From positions 246,390,001 through 246,454,000 of the forward strand of contig NC_086097.1 in assembly GCF_963921235.1 (NCBI RefSeq): a stretch of DNA of 64,000 nt, given 5' to 3'. This document shows positions 11,039-22,969 of the stretch, piece by piece (position 1 is the stretch's first letter; the number at the start of each line of letters is the position of its first letter). The position numbers were made by a program, and so were the translations under genes. The stretch is from Mobula hypostoma. Its lineage: Eukaryota. The notes under the pieces are model-generated. The model was not told the DNA's origin and ran no database searches. It saw only the letters and a program-made list of their open reading frames with translations.

Positions 11039-11333
11039 TAACTGAAGGAAGAGTGAGTAAGGGATTTGAAAGTTGGAGGGGGAGGGGGAGATCCAAAATG
11101 ATAGGAGAAGACAGGAGGGGGAGGGATAGAGCCAAGAGCTGGACAGGTGATAGGCAAAAGGGGATACGAGAGGATCATGGGACAGGAGGTCCGGGAAGAA
11201 AGACAAGGGGGGGGGGACCCAGAGGATGGGCAAGAGGTATATTCAGAGGGACAGAGGGAGAAAAAGGAGAGTGAGAGAAAGAATGTGTGCATAAAAATGA
11301 GTAACAGATGGGGTACGAGGGGGAGGTGAGGCC

Positions 11334-12288
11334 TTAGCGGAAGTTAGAGAAGTCGATGTTCATGCCATCAGGTTGGAGGCTACCCAGACGGAATATAAGG
11401 TGTTGTTCCTCCAACCTGAGTGTGGCTTCATTTTTACAGTAGAGGAGGCCGTGGATAGACATGTCAGAATGGGAATGGGATGTGGAATTAAAATGTGTGG
11501 CCACTGGGAGATCCTGCTTTCTCTGGCGGACAGAGCGTAGATGTTCAGCAAAGCGGTCTCCCAGTCTGCGTCGGGTCTCGCCAATATATAAAAGGCCACA
11601 TCGGGAGCACCGGACGCAGTATATCACCCCAGTCGACTCACAGGTGAAGTGTTGCCTCACCTGGAAGGACTGTTTGGGGCCCTGAATGGTGGTAAGGGAG
11701 GAAGTGTAAGGGCATGTGTAGCACTTGTTCCGCTTACACGGATAAGTGCCAGGAGGGAGATCAGTGGGGAGGGATGGGGGGGGACGAATGGACAAGGGAG
11801 TTGTGTAGGGAGCGATCCCTGCAGAATGCAGAGAGGGGGGGGAGGGAAAGATGTGCTTAGTGGTGGGATCCCGTTGGAGGTGGCGGAAGTTACGGAGAAT
11901 AATATGTTGGACCCGGAGGCTGGTGGGGTGGTAGGTGAGGACCAGGGGAACCCTATTCCTCGTGGGGTCGTGGGAGGATGGAGTGAGAGCAGATGTACGT
12001 GAAATGGGGGAGATGCGTTTAAGAGCAGAGTTGATAGTGGAGGAAGGGAAGCCCCTTTCTTTAAAAAAGGAAGACATCTCCCTCGTCCTGGAATGAAAAG
12101 CCTCATCATGAGAGCAGATGCGGCGGAGATGGAGGAATTGCGAGAAGGGGATGGCGTTTTTGCAAGAGACAGGGTGAGAAGAGGAATAGTCCAGATAGCT
12201 GTGAGAGTCAGTAGGCTTATAGTAGACATCAGTGGATAAGCTGTCTCCAGAGACAGAGACTGAAAGATCTAGAAAGGGGAGGGAGGTG
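11334..12288 (-). CDS. 5'-truncated Penelope-like polyprotein: RT C-terminus/thumb, Cys-rich linker and GIY-YIG endonuclease
   Basis: LPFLDL..TDVYYKPTD..YL..SSHP; CKRNKCYTC..FTC linker (Neptune type); VIYCVRCSRCGLLYIGET..R..EH. The frame is open to the stop. The ORF-track start at 12362 is a chimera across the inversion junction. Confidence 0.88.
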
Positions 12289-12819
12289 CAGACTGGGAGA
12301 CCGCTTTGCTGAACATCTACGCTCTGTCCGCCAGAGAAAGCAGGATCTCCCAGTGGCCACACCTTTTAATTCCACATCCCATTCCCATTCTGACATGTCT
12401 ATCCACGGCCTCCTCTACTGTAAAGATGAAGCCACACTCAGGTTGGAGGAACAACACCTTATATTCCGTCTGGGTAGCCTCCAACCTGATGGCATGAACA
12501 TCGACTTCTCTAACTTCCGCTAAGGCCTCACCTCCCCTTCGTACCCCATCTGTTACTTATTTTTATGCACACATTCTTTCTCTCACTCTCCTTTTTCTCC
12601 CTCTGTCCCTCTGAATATACCTCTTTCCCATCCTCTGGGTCCCCCCCCCCCTTGTCTTTCTTCCCGGACCTCCTGTCCCATGATCCTCTCATATCCCCTT
12701 TTGCCTATCACCTGTCCAGCTCTTGGCTCTATCCCTCCCCCTCCTGTCTTCTCCTATCATTTTGGATCTCCCCCTCCCCCTCCAGCTTTCAAATCCCTTA
12801 CTCACTCTTCCTTCAGTTA

Positions 12820-12853
12820 GTCCTGACGAAGGGTCTCGGCCTGAAACGTCAAC
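12820..12853 (+). ncRNA. Minimal hammerhead ribozyme
   Basis: CTGACGA 12823-12829, GAAAC 12843-12847, GTC 12848-12850; the first stem I pair is altered (AAC instead of GAC). Confidence 0.72.
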
Positions 12854-14749
12854 TGCACCTCTTCCTAGAGATGCTGCCTGGCCTGCTGCGTTCACCAGCA
12901 ACTTTGATGTGTGTTGCTTGAATTTCCAGCATCTGCAGAATTCCTGTTGTTTCCATAATAATTAAACTTGATTTGATATTTATATATATTATTGTGTATT
13001 GCACTGTATTGATGCCGCAAAACAACAAATATCACAACATAAGTCAGTGATATTAAACCTAATTCAGATTAGTGTTAGTGGAATCTGAAAGCCCAAACAA
13101 ACAAGTTGCAGTTTAAGCAATGATCAAGCTTGAAGAAGCTCTTACAGCACTAAATACATAAACATCAATATACCCCCAGCTATGTGTGGCGACACTTGCA
13201 AGCTGCCCCCAGCACATCCTTGCTTGTAATGTTTGTTAATGCATACGACGCACTTCACTGTATGTTTCAATGTACATGTGATAAGTAAATCGGAGTATAT
13301 ATATATTTTTTCAAAATACTTAAAGAAACAAAAACAAGTTTGTTATGTGAGAAGGAATTAATCCGATTACTCTCTTGTGTCAACACAGTTTGAGGATATG
13401 CTGGAGGCAGCCCGCAACTGTTACCATGTCTCTGGCGCCAACATCGCACGCTTACAACTCACTAAGCCTAACCTGTGCTTCTTTTGAAATGTGGAAGAAA
13501 GCAGGAGTACCCAAAGGAAATCCATATCATCATGGGGATCAGAAGTGTTTGCACTGAAGCAACCTTAAGGGTACATGCAGATTTGATATTTTCCTTTGCG
13601 GGAGTACCTAGAACTGGGGTGACAATCCAGAAATGAAGGGATAGCCATTCGCAACAAAGACAATAAGATAAACACAAGTTCATAGACATAGGAGCAGAAT
13701 TGGTATAGTAGACCCATCGAGTCTACCATACCAATTGATCAGGGCTGATTTATTTTCCCTCTTAATTCCATTCTCCTGCCTTTTCCTTGTAACTTTTGAT
13801 GTCCTTACTAATCAAGAAATAATTGCTTTAATTATACCTAATGGCTTTGATTCCACAGCTGTCCTTTGCAATAAATTCCATAGGTTCTCTGTCCTGAACA
13901 AGAGATTCTGCAGATGCAGGAAATCTTGAGCAACACACACACAAAATGCTGGAGGAACTCTGCAAGTTAGGTAGCATCTATGGAGGACCCAAAGAATCAT
14001 TCAGAACCTAAGTCATCCCAACCACAAGCTGTTCCCCAGCTGCTACCATCTGGGAAGTGGTACCACAGCATAAAAACCAGGACCAACAGGCTCTGGAACA
14101 GCTTCTTCCACCAGGCCATCAGACTGATTAATTCATGCTGATGCAATTGTATTTTTATGCTATATTGACTGTTCTGTTGTACATACTATTTATTACAAAT
14201 TACTATAAATTGAACATTGCACATTTAGGCGGAGATGCAATGTAATGATTTTTATGTGAAGGATGTAAGAAAAAAAGGCAATTCAATTCAGATAGTTGGC
14301 GTTTCAGGCCAAGATCTTCATCAGAAGACGAGAGGAAATGTTTTCACCTGGAGAATGGTGAACCTTTGAGAGTTGCGTAACACAGCCGTTCAGGAGAGAA
14401 AACAATATAATTTTTAGGTTTTAAGAGAATTAAGAAAATGAACACAGAAAAGTGACAGAGTACCATGAGATGCCGAATAGACTAACTATGTTTCTATTTC
14501 TTAAGCATCTTTGTAACTTAGTCACCAAGTTCAGCAGTCTAAGCCCAAAGGTGAAACCTGTGATCAGCGAGTTCTGGGGTGCACTCTGAAGCTGGAGGCC
14601 TGATGTCTGCATGTAGAGAGTCTTGGGCCAAGGTCTGGAGGCCTGGAAGCTGCCTGTTCTGGGTTTGGTGAGGCCTAGACAGATCTCTAGAGAAAGGTAG
14701 TTTCTTTCATTATTTTACAGATTTTAATTATTTGTGTTTTATTTATTGT

Positions 14750-15782
14750 CAGCATATAGAGAAGGGGTGCAGAGGCTAACGGACTGGTGCAAAGCCAACA
14801 ACCTGTATCTGAATGTGAACAAAACAAAAGAGATGGTTGTCGACTTCAGGAGAGCACGGAGCAACCAATCTCTGCCGAACATCGATGGCTCCTCTGTAGA
14901 GATCGTTAAGAGCACCAAATTTCTTGGTGTTCACCTGGCGGAGAATCTCACCTGGTCTCTCAACACCAGCTCCATAGCCAAGAAAGCCCAGCAACATTTC
15001 TACTTTCTGTGAAGGCTGAGAGAAGTCATCTCCCACCCCCTATCCTCACCACAATTTACAGAGGTTGTATTGAGAGCATCCTGAGCAGCTGCATCACTGC
15101 CTGGTTCGGAAATTGCACCGTCTCGGATCGCAAGACCCTGCAGCGGATAGTGAGGTCAGCTGAGAAGATCATCGGGGTCTCTCTTCCCGCCATTACAGAC
15201 ATTTACACTACACGCTGTATCCGCAAAGCTAACAGCATTGTGAAGGACCCCACGCACCCCTCATACAAACTCTTCTCCCTCCTGCCATCTGGCAAAAGGT
15301 ACCAAAGCATTCGGGCTCTCACGACCAGGCTGTGTAACAGTTTCTTCCCCCAAGTCATTAGACTCCTCAACACTCAGAGTCTAGACTGACACCAACCTAC
15401 ACACACACACAACTGAACACCACTTCACTCCCTTTGCAATTTTTGCTCATTTCTTTCTCAATTCCTGCTCAGTTTACATTTACATCATTTATTATTATAT
15501 TGTAATTTGTCCTTTACTATGCCTATTGTCTTGATTATTAATTATTGTGCTGTCTTGCACTGTTTTGTGCAATTTATGTAGTCCCGTGTAGGTCTGAAGT
15601 CTAATGTAGTTTTGTGTTGTTTCACGTAATCTAGTGGTTTTGTGTTGTTTCAGGTAGTCTAGTGCAGTTTTGTGTTGTTTCATGCAGCACCATGGTCCTG
15701 GAGGAATGCTGTCTTGTTTTTACTGTGTACCATACCAGCAGTTATGGTTGAAATAACAATAAAAGCAACTTGACTTGACTTG
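14750..15782 (+). mobile_element. Rex1/Babar-like LINE 3' kilobase, frameshifted
   Basis: WCKANNLYLNVNKTKEMVVDFR..KFLGVHL..KKAQQ; IESILSSCITAWFGN..KDPTHP..LLPSGKRY; (ACTTG)n tail. Confidence 0.88.
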
Positions 15783-16117
15783 TCAGTTACATTTGTAACA
15801 CATTAAAAGAAATACTTATGTTATTTTAAAAGCTGTTAAATATTTCTGACTATTAAAGTTTGTTAAATTTGATAAACCCTTTGCTTTCCGTGAAAGGCCA
15901 TCAGACCCACACCTTGAGAGAAGGGAGGGCTGGCCCTCCACACCTGCTCCAGGCAACTCTATGAATGTAGGGACCACTGGTGGCAAGTTTGGGTAGCATG
16001 TTCATCACAAATTTTTCAATTAAATAGCAAAAAAAGCCAACCTGTTCACGTTTTGAAATAGATACAAAAATCAAGCTGCATTTTTCTCTCCATAGCTTCC
16101 CTAATGTACAGGATATA

Positions 16118-17130
16118 CAGTGCCTATAAAAAAAGTATTCACCCCGCCCCCTCGCAAGTTTTCATGCTTTATTGTTTTAGAACATTGAATCACAGTGGAG
16201 TTAATTTGGCCTTTTTTAACACTGGTCAACAGAAAAAGACACTTTTGTGTCAAAATGAAAACAGATCCCTACAAAGTGATCTAAATTAATTACAAATCTA
16301 AAACACTAAATAATTGATTGAAAAGTATTCACCCCCTTTAACAAGACACACCAAATCATCACTGGTGCAGCCAATTGGTTTTAGAAGTCACATAATTAGT
16401 TTAATGGAGATCACTGTGTGCAGTCAAGTAAAAATACACCTGGAAGGTCTAACTGCTGGTGAGTCAGTATCCTGGCAAAAAACTACGTCATGAAGACAAA
16501 AGAACACTCCAAGTAACCCAACAAAAAGGTTATTGAAAAGCACAAGTCAGGAGAGGGATACAAGAAAAGTAAAAGGAAAGCAGCAAAATACAGGGAAATT
16601 GGGAGGAAAACCCGATGCAGTCTGCAAGAGAACTGTGACTTGGGAGAAGATTTATTTTCCAGCAAGACAATGACCCCAAGCATAAAGTCAAAGCTGCACA
16701 GGAATGGCTTAAAAACAACAACGTTAATGTCCTGGAGTGGCCAATTCAGAGTCCAGACCTCAATCCAATTGACAATTTGTGGCTGGACTTGAAAAGGGCT
16801 GTTCACTCACGATCCCTACGCAATCTGACAGAGCTTGAGCAGTTTTGCAAGGATGAAAGGGGAAAAATTGCAGTGTCCAGATGTGCAAATCTGATGGAGA
16901 CCTAACCACACAGACTCAAGGATGTATTTGCTGCCAAATGTGCATCTACTGATGCAATCAATTATTTTGTTTATATTTATATTTAATTTAGATCACTTTG
17001 TAGAGATCTGTTTTCACTTTGAAACGAAAGAATCTTTTACTGTTGATCAGAGTCAAAAAGAGCCAAATTAAATCCACTGTGATTCAATATTGTAAAAAAT
17101 AAAACATGAAAACTCCCAGGGAGGAGGGGC
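16118..17130 (+). mobile_element. Internally deleted Tc1 transposon with long IR/DR-type TIRs
   Basis: TA-CAGTGCCT..AAGTATTCACCCC, repeated at about 16323; ATG 16490 MKTKEHSK; FQQDNDPKH..LEWP.QSPDLNPIDNLW; right TIR about 16955-17130, outer end missing. Confidence 0.88.
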
Positions 17131-17529
17131 AAAAACAGTACCTAGTTTCTTGAACCTTTTGTAAGCCTTTCTTTTTGTCATAAGCAGATCTTCTACATCC
17201 TTTGGACACCATGGTTCTTTTACCCTACCATCCTTTCCCTGCCTCAATGGAATATACCTATGCAGAACGCCATGCAAATGTTCCCTGAACATTTGCTACA
17301 TTTCTGTCATGCATTTCCCTGAGAACATGTGCTCCCAATTTATGTTCCCAAGTTCCTGCCTAAGAGCAGCATATTTCCCCCTCTCCAATTAAATGTTTTC
17401 CCAAATTGTCTGCTCCTATCCTTCTCCAGCTTTACGGTAAAGGAGCTAGAGTTGTGATCACTACCTCCAAACTGCTCTCCCGCCAAGAGATCTGCCACCT
17501 GGTACATGTTACAAATAAAGTAAATCTCT

Positions 17530-18183
17530 TTTCTTTTGTCTTTAAATTAATTTCAGCCAGAGAGATGTTACATGAAGGAGGTCACTACCAGGAGGAGTGG
17601 CCGTGTCAAACAGCATAAATGTACTTTTACATTTGTTTTTCATCTTGAATGTGATTCTGGAACTGTTGGAGCCTGTGATTTGCAGTTTGGAGATTGTTTG
17701 GGTTTTACAGTGCTCTACAGTCTCCAAGGGGCCGCATGCAGAAACCCGTGGCAAGAAGGCTGCGAGCCGATGTTTGACTCCATTTCACCACTTAAAGCGA
17801 CAAGGGAGATTGAAACGCTGGCCGCCTGCCTTTTTATCGCTGGGGGATCGCTCTGCTACGGAGAAGGGAAGAATGTTCTACAGAGACTGCCTTTTTATTG
17901 CTAATGAGATTGCTCTGCAATGGAAAGGGAAGAATGTTGCCCCGGTTTTCTGAGTTTTGGATGTGGACTTGGACTGTGGATTTTTTTTCTATCTTATGGT
18001 TTTTTTGGTATTCTGTGTTTTTCATACAATCTTTCTCGTTTTTTTGTGTGTGAAGAGGGGTATTTGGGGGAGTTTATGTGTCTGTTCCATGTTTGTTCGT
18101 ATTTTTGTGTGGTGAGGAGGGATTTGGGGGTTGATGATCCTGCTGCTGTTCTTTTCTTTCTTGGTTTGGAGAGAAGGAGGATG
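17530..18183 (+). repeat. Unclassified non-coding interspersed repeat (G/T-skewed, retroposon-UTR-like)
   Basis: Composition and motifs (TTTTGGATGTGGACT..GTGTGTGAAGAGGGG) resemble 47897-48716; no ORF homology recognised. Confidence 0.3.
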
Positions 18184-18503
18184 AGAGAGACATGATAGAG
18201 TGGATAGCCAGCGCCTCTTCCCCAGGGCACCACTGCTCAATACAAGAGGACATGGCTTTAAGGTAAGGGGTGGGAAGTTTAAGGGGGATATTAGAGGAAG
18301 GTTTTTTACTCAGAGTGGTTGGTGCGTGGAATGCACTGCCTGAGTCAGTGGTGGAGGCAGATACACTAGTGAAGTTTAAGAGACTACTAGACAGGTATAT
18401 GGAGGAATTTAAGGTGGGGGCTTATATGGGAGGCAAGGTTTGAGGGTCAGCACAACATTGTGGGCCGAAGGGCCTGTACTGTGCTGTACTGTTCTATGTT
18501 CTA
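18184..18503 (+). mobile_element. Young CR1 3' end
   Basis: Near-identical to the CR1 at 45925-46270; (TTCTATG)n tail. Confidence 0.88.
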
Positions 18504-19300
18504 TGTTTTGTGGCTGTCCATAGAAGAGGAATTTCAGAGTTTTATACTTTGATAATAAAGGAAGCTTCGAACCATCAACCACATTTACATTAAAAGGCTT
18601 ACAATTACTTTTGCTATTCTCTTTTGTGCTTATAAAAACTAATTGCTGACTCTGATATCTCTGACATTTTTGGTATTCTTTTTTGTATGACATTATACTT
18701 TCTATCTTTTTGTTACATTTTTCTTTTCTCCCAGTTTGCTGAATTTCCCTGACAACTCTGTTTATTGTCTTGACACTATACATTGGTCTCACTCGTTGAT
18801 TACAGTGGAGTAAAGCAAATTACAGATGCATGTGAGAGGACACTAGCAGGGATAAAGGCAGAACAGCTGGAGTTTCTGTGGACAATTCAGAAAGTGCAGG
18901 ACAGATTCATCCCAAAGAAGAAGTATTCTAAAGAGAGGAAGAGGGAACCATGCCTTACAAGAGAAGCCAAAAACAAAAGAGAGGACATAAATATAGCAAA
19001 AATTTGTGGGAAACTACAGGATTGGGAAGTTACAACAGGAGATAGAAAAGTCATGCTAAAAGGGCAATGTTATAATAATCATGGAGGCTTTCAATATGCA
19101 GATAGATTGGGAAAATCAGGACAGAGCTGCATCAGAAAGGAGGGAATTTGTAGAATGCCAATGAGATGCTTTTTTAGAGCAGCTTGAGGTTGAGCCCACG
19201 AGGAAAAAAGCAGTTCAGGATTGGGTTTTGTGTATTGAATCAGAATTGATTTGGGAGCTAAGGCGAAGGAACCCTTAGGTGACAGTGATTATAATATGAC

Positions 19301-19617
19301 AGACAACACACACAAACTGCTGGTAGAACGCAGCAGGCCAGGCAGCATCTATAGGAAGAAGTACAATCGACGTTTCGGGCTGAGACCCTTTCTCAGGACT
19401 AACTGAAAGACGAGATAGTAAGAGATTTGAAAGTGGGAGGGGGAGGGGGAGATCCAAAATGATAGGAGAAGACAGGAGTGGGAGGGATGAAGCTAATAGC
19501 TGGGAAGTTGATCGGCAAAAGGGATACAAGGCTGGAGAAGGGAGAGGATCATGGGACAGGAGGCCGAGGGAGAAAGAAAGACGGAGGGGAACACCAGAGG
19601 AAGATGGAGCGCAGGCA
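19301..19617 (-). mobile_element. Penelope-like 3' fragment with a variant hammerhead (CTGAGAAAGGGTCTCAGCCCGAAACGTC)
   Basis: Colinear with 10941-11240. Confidence 0.85.
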
Positions 19618-19623
19618 TCTTGT

Positions 19624-19930
19624 GGGCACGTGGCCAAGTGGTTAAGGCATTCGACTAGCGATCTGAAGGTCATGAGTTCGAGCCCCAGCCAAGGCAGCGT
19701 GTTGTGTCCTTGAGCAAGGCATTTAACCACACAGTGCTCTGCGACGATACTGGTGCCAAGCTGTATCGGCCCTTGCCCTTCCCTTGGTCAACGTCGATGT
19801 CGTGGAGAGGGGAGACTTGCAGCATGGGCCACTGCCGGTCTTCCATACAAACTTGCCCAGGCCTGCGCCCTGGAGAGTGAAGACTTTCCAGGCGCAGATC
19901 CATGCTCTCACAAGACTAACGGATGCCTTT
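19624..19930 (+). mobile_element. tRNA-derived CORE-SINE
   Basis: A box TGGCCAAGTGG, B box GAGTTCGAGCC, then CORE-like GTGTCCTTGAGCAAGGCATTTAACC. Confidence 0.8.
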
Positions 19931-20103
19931 AAAGAGTAAAAAAGAGGCAAGACTGAATATTGGACCACTGGAAAATTATACTGGAGAGGTAGATGGGGTA
20001 GAAAGAAGTGGCAGATGAACTCATGTATTTTGTATGTATTTTGTGTCAGTCTTCACTGTGGAAGACACCAGAAGTATATCAGATATTCAACAGAGTTGGG
20101 GGC

Positions 20104-20779
20104 AGATTAGATTAGATTATGAGGACACTCAGTCCTTATTTATTGTCATTTAGAAATGCATGCATTAAGAAATGATACAATGTTCCTCCAGTGTGATATC
20201 ATAGTAAAACAGGACAGACCAAGACTAAAACTGACAAAAACCACATCGTTATAACATATAGTTATAACAGTGCAAAGCAATACCGTAATTTGATAAAGAG
20301 CAGACCAGGGGCACGGTAAAAAAAAGTCTCAAAGTCCCGATAGCCCCAACATCTCACACAGAATGTAGAAGGGAGAAACTACCCCTGCCATGAGCCTCCA
20401 GCACTGCAAACTTACTGATGCAGCACCCTGGAAGCATCCGACCATAGCTGACTCTGAGTCGGTCCGAAAACTTTGAGCCTCCGACCAGCCCTCCGACACC
20501 GAGCACCAAGCACCATCTCTGCCCAGTGCTTCGACCCCACCCCGGCCGCCGAGCAACAAGCAAAGCCGAGGACTCAGGGCCTTCCCCTCCGGAGATTTCG
20601 GATCATACAGTAGCAGCGGCAGCGAAGCAGGCATTTCAGAAGTTTCTCCAGATGTTCCTCCGTGCTCTCACGTCTGCCTCCATCAAATCAGAATTGTGCA
20701 CAGCACCCTACTTGACACATAACAGATATTCATCACCGAAGTGGCCGCTGCGCGCTGCATCGCGCTGCCATCTTCTCCT
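20104..20779 (-). mobile_element. About 680-bp non-coding retroposon (family also at 23428-24718 and 61877-62565)
   Basis: Head GGAGAAGATGGCAGCG; tail AAATGACAATAAA..CCTCA(TAATC)n. Confidence 0.75.
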
Positions 20780-22969
20780 ATATGGGTATAATCACTATTA
20801 CAGTACTACGTTGAAAGTGCTTGACAAACTGAGAGGTCTGAAGGTAGATAAGCCACCTGGACCAGATGGACAAGCCCAGGGTTGCTGAAGAGATTGTGCA
20901 GGCGTTAGTAATGATCTTTCAAGAATCACTAGATATTGGAATGGTTCTGGAAAATTGAAAATGCTACTCCACTCTTCAAGAAGGGATGAGGAGAGAAGAA
21001 AGGAAATTATAGGCCAGTGACCCTGACAAGTTTGCAGACAATATGAAGATCAGATAGTGCTGAGGCAGCAGGGGATCTGTAGAAGGACCTGGACGGATTA
21101 GGAGAATAGGCAAAGAAGTGGTTGGTGGAACATGGTGTAGGGAATTGTATGGTCATACACTTTGTTCGAAGGAATAAAGGTGTAAATTATTTTCTAAACT
21201 GGTAGAAAATTCAGAAATCAGAGCTGCAAAGGGACTTGGGAATCCTTGTGCAGGATTCCCTAAAGGTTAACTTGCAGGTTTGGTGCATGGAATAGGCTGC
21301 CGGTGGCGGTGCTGGACGCGGAAACAATAGGGTCTTTTAAGACTCCTGGATAGGTACATCGAGCTTGAAAAAACAGGGCTATGGGTAAGCCTAGGTAATT
21401 TCTAAGTTAAAGGCATGTTCAGCACAGCTTTGTGGGTCAAAGGGCCTGTATTGTGCTGTAGGTTTTCTGTGTTTCTGTGTTTCTATGAGTCAATGGTAAG
21501 GAAGACAAATGCAATGTTAGCATTCATTTTGAGAGAACTAAAATATAAAAGCAAGGATGTGATGCTGAAGCTTTATAAGGCATTGGTCGGACCACACTTG
21601 GAGCATTGTGAAAGTTTTGAGCCCCTTATCTAAGAAAGAATGTGCTGGCATTGGAGAGGGTCCAGAGGAGGTGACAGGAATGAAATGGTTAAATCACGAG
21701 GAGCTTTTGATGGCTCTGAGCCTGTATTCATTGGAGTTCAGAAGAATGGGGTGGGAAGGGGGATAGGGGATTCTTATTAAAACCTATTGAATATTGAGGG
21801 GCTTAGATAGAGTGGATGTAGTGAGGAAGTTTCTTATAACGATCAGCTGTACTGTATGGGGGGAGTAACTTTTTGTGTCTACTGATCCTTGCGTGGATGC
21901 TACATAGCCTCCTCCCTGACGGGAGTGGGACAAACAGTCCACCAGCAGGGTGGGTAGTTTCCTTCATGATGTTAATAGCCCTTTTTAGACACCTTTCTGC
22001 TGGTAAGTTCTTAATGGTGAGTAAGCTAGTGCCAGTGTTGTGTTGGCCAGGTTTGAGTACCCATCGTAGGGCCTTCCTGTCTGCTGCATGCAGTGATGCA
22101 TCATGTTAGGATGCTCTTTACTGTGCATCTGTAAAAAGACGTGAGTATTAATGTGCACAGCACACCCCCACCACCACCACCACGTTATCACTTTCTGACA
22201 CAGGGTCACCTTGTGTACAGACACTCCTGTGCCTTGCGTCACTCTATAGATGTACAATCAATTGATGTCTACAAGCTATCTTATGTATTTATATTTATTG
22301 TGCTTTTTACTATTATTGTGTTCTTTATCGTCTTGTGTTAGATTTGTTCTGCATCAGCCTGGAATAACAATTATTTCGTTCTCCTTTACACTCGTGTACT
22401 GGAAATGATATTAAATAATCTTGAATCCTTGAAAGTGACCCCAATCGGTTGTATCAGAGATGACATAATATTTGAAGGCAATCAAGCTGGTAACATTAAA
22501 CAAAAACATGTCTTCTCTGATTTTTATTGCCCATTTTATCACTACAGATATTTAATTTGTGAAATTTGGAATATGTAATAATACGAATATTTGTCAGCTT
22601 GCAAAGTTTTTTTTAAAAATGTACATCTAAATGTCAAGTCAAGTTTCTATTACCAATATACAGGCATATCACCAAAAGAGACAATGTTTCTCCAGACCAG
22701 GGTGTAAAGCACAGTAGTACACATAACACACAGATGACACACAATAATTTGGGCAAGTAAGGATAAAATCTACAGATGATTTATGCATAAATTAAATATT
22801 GTAAGGTACAGAAAAGATTAACCAGTGACACTTCGAAAGCAATATGGCAGGGAGTTCAGAAGCCTAATGTCCTGAGGGAAGAAGCTGTATCCATCCTGAC
22901 CATTCTTGTCTTTATGCTTTGGAGTGTCATGCCTGATGGTAGAGTCAAAGAGGATGCTAGATGAAAGAA

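Larger units (their letters stand above)
10941..12952. mobile_element. Neptune-type Penelope-like element with inverted structure (minus copy 10941-12288, plus copy 12288-12952)
   Basis: About 630-bp inverted arms 10941-11569 / 12288-12917; GIY-YIG ORF; hammerheads at 11005-11038 (-) and 12820-12853 (+). Confidence 0.92.
18800..21840 (+). mobile_element. Degenerate CR1 interrupted by a Penelope fragment, a CORE-SINE, a non-autonomous element and another CR1 end
   Basis: CR1 endonuclease/RT remnants (GNYRPV, KFAD-like, LYKALVGPHLEHC) resume across each insertion. Confidence 0.8.

Noticed and set aside
12289..12362. N-terminus of the 342-aa ORF
   Set aside because: Antisense sequence across the inversion junction, not a real start.
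15590..15690. Regular TAG..TTTTGTGTTGTTTCA repeats, superficially array-like
   Set aside because: A short tandem repeat in a Rex1-like 3' UTR; no unique spacers or cas genes, so not CRISPR.
19624..19695. Possible tRNA gene
   Set aside because: It continues into a CORE domain with no terminator, so it is a SINE head.
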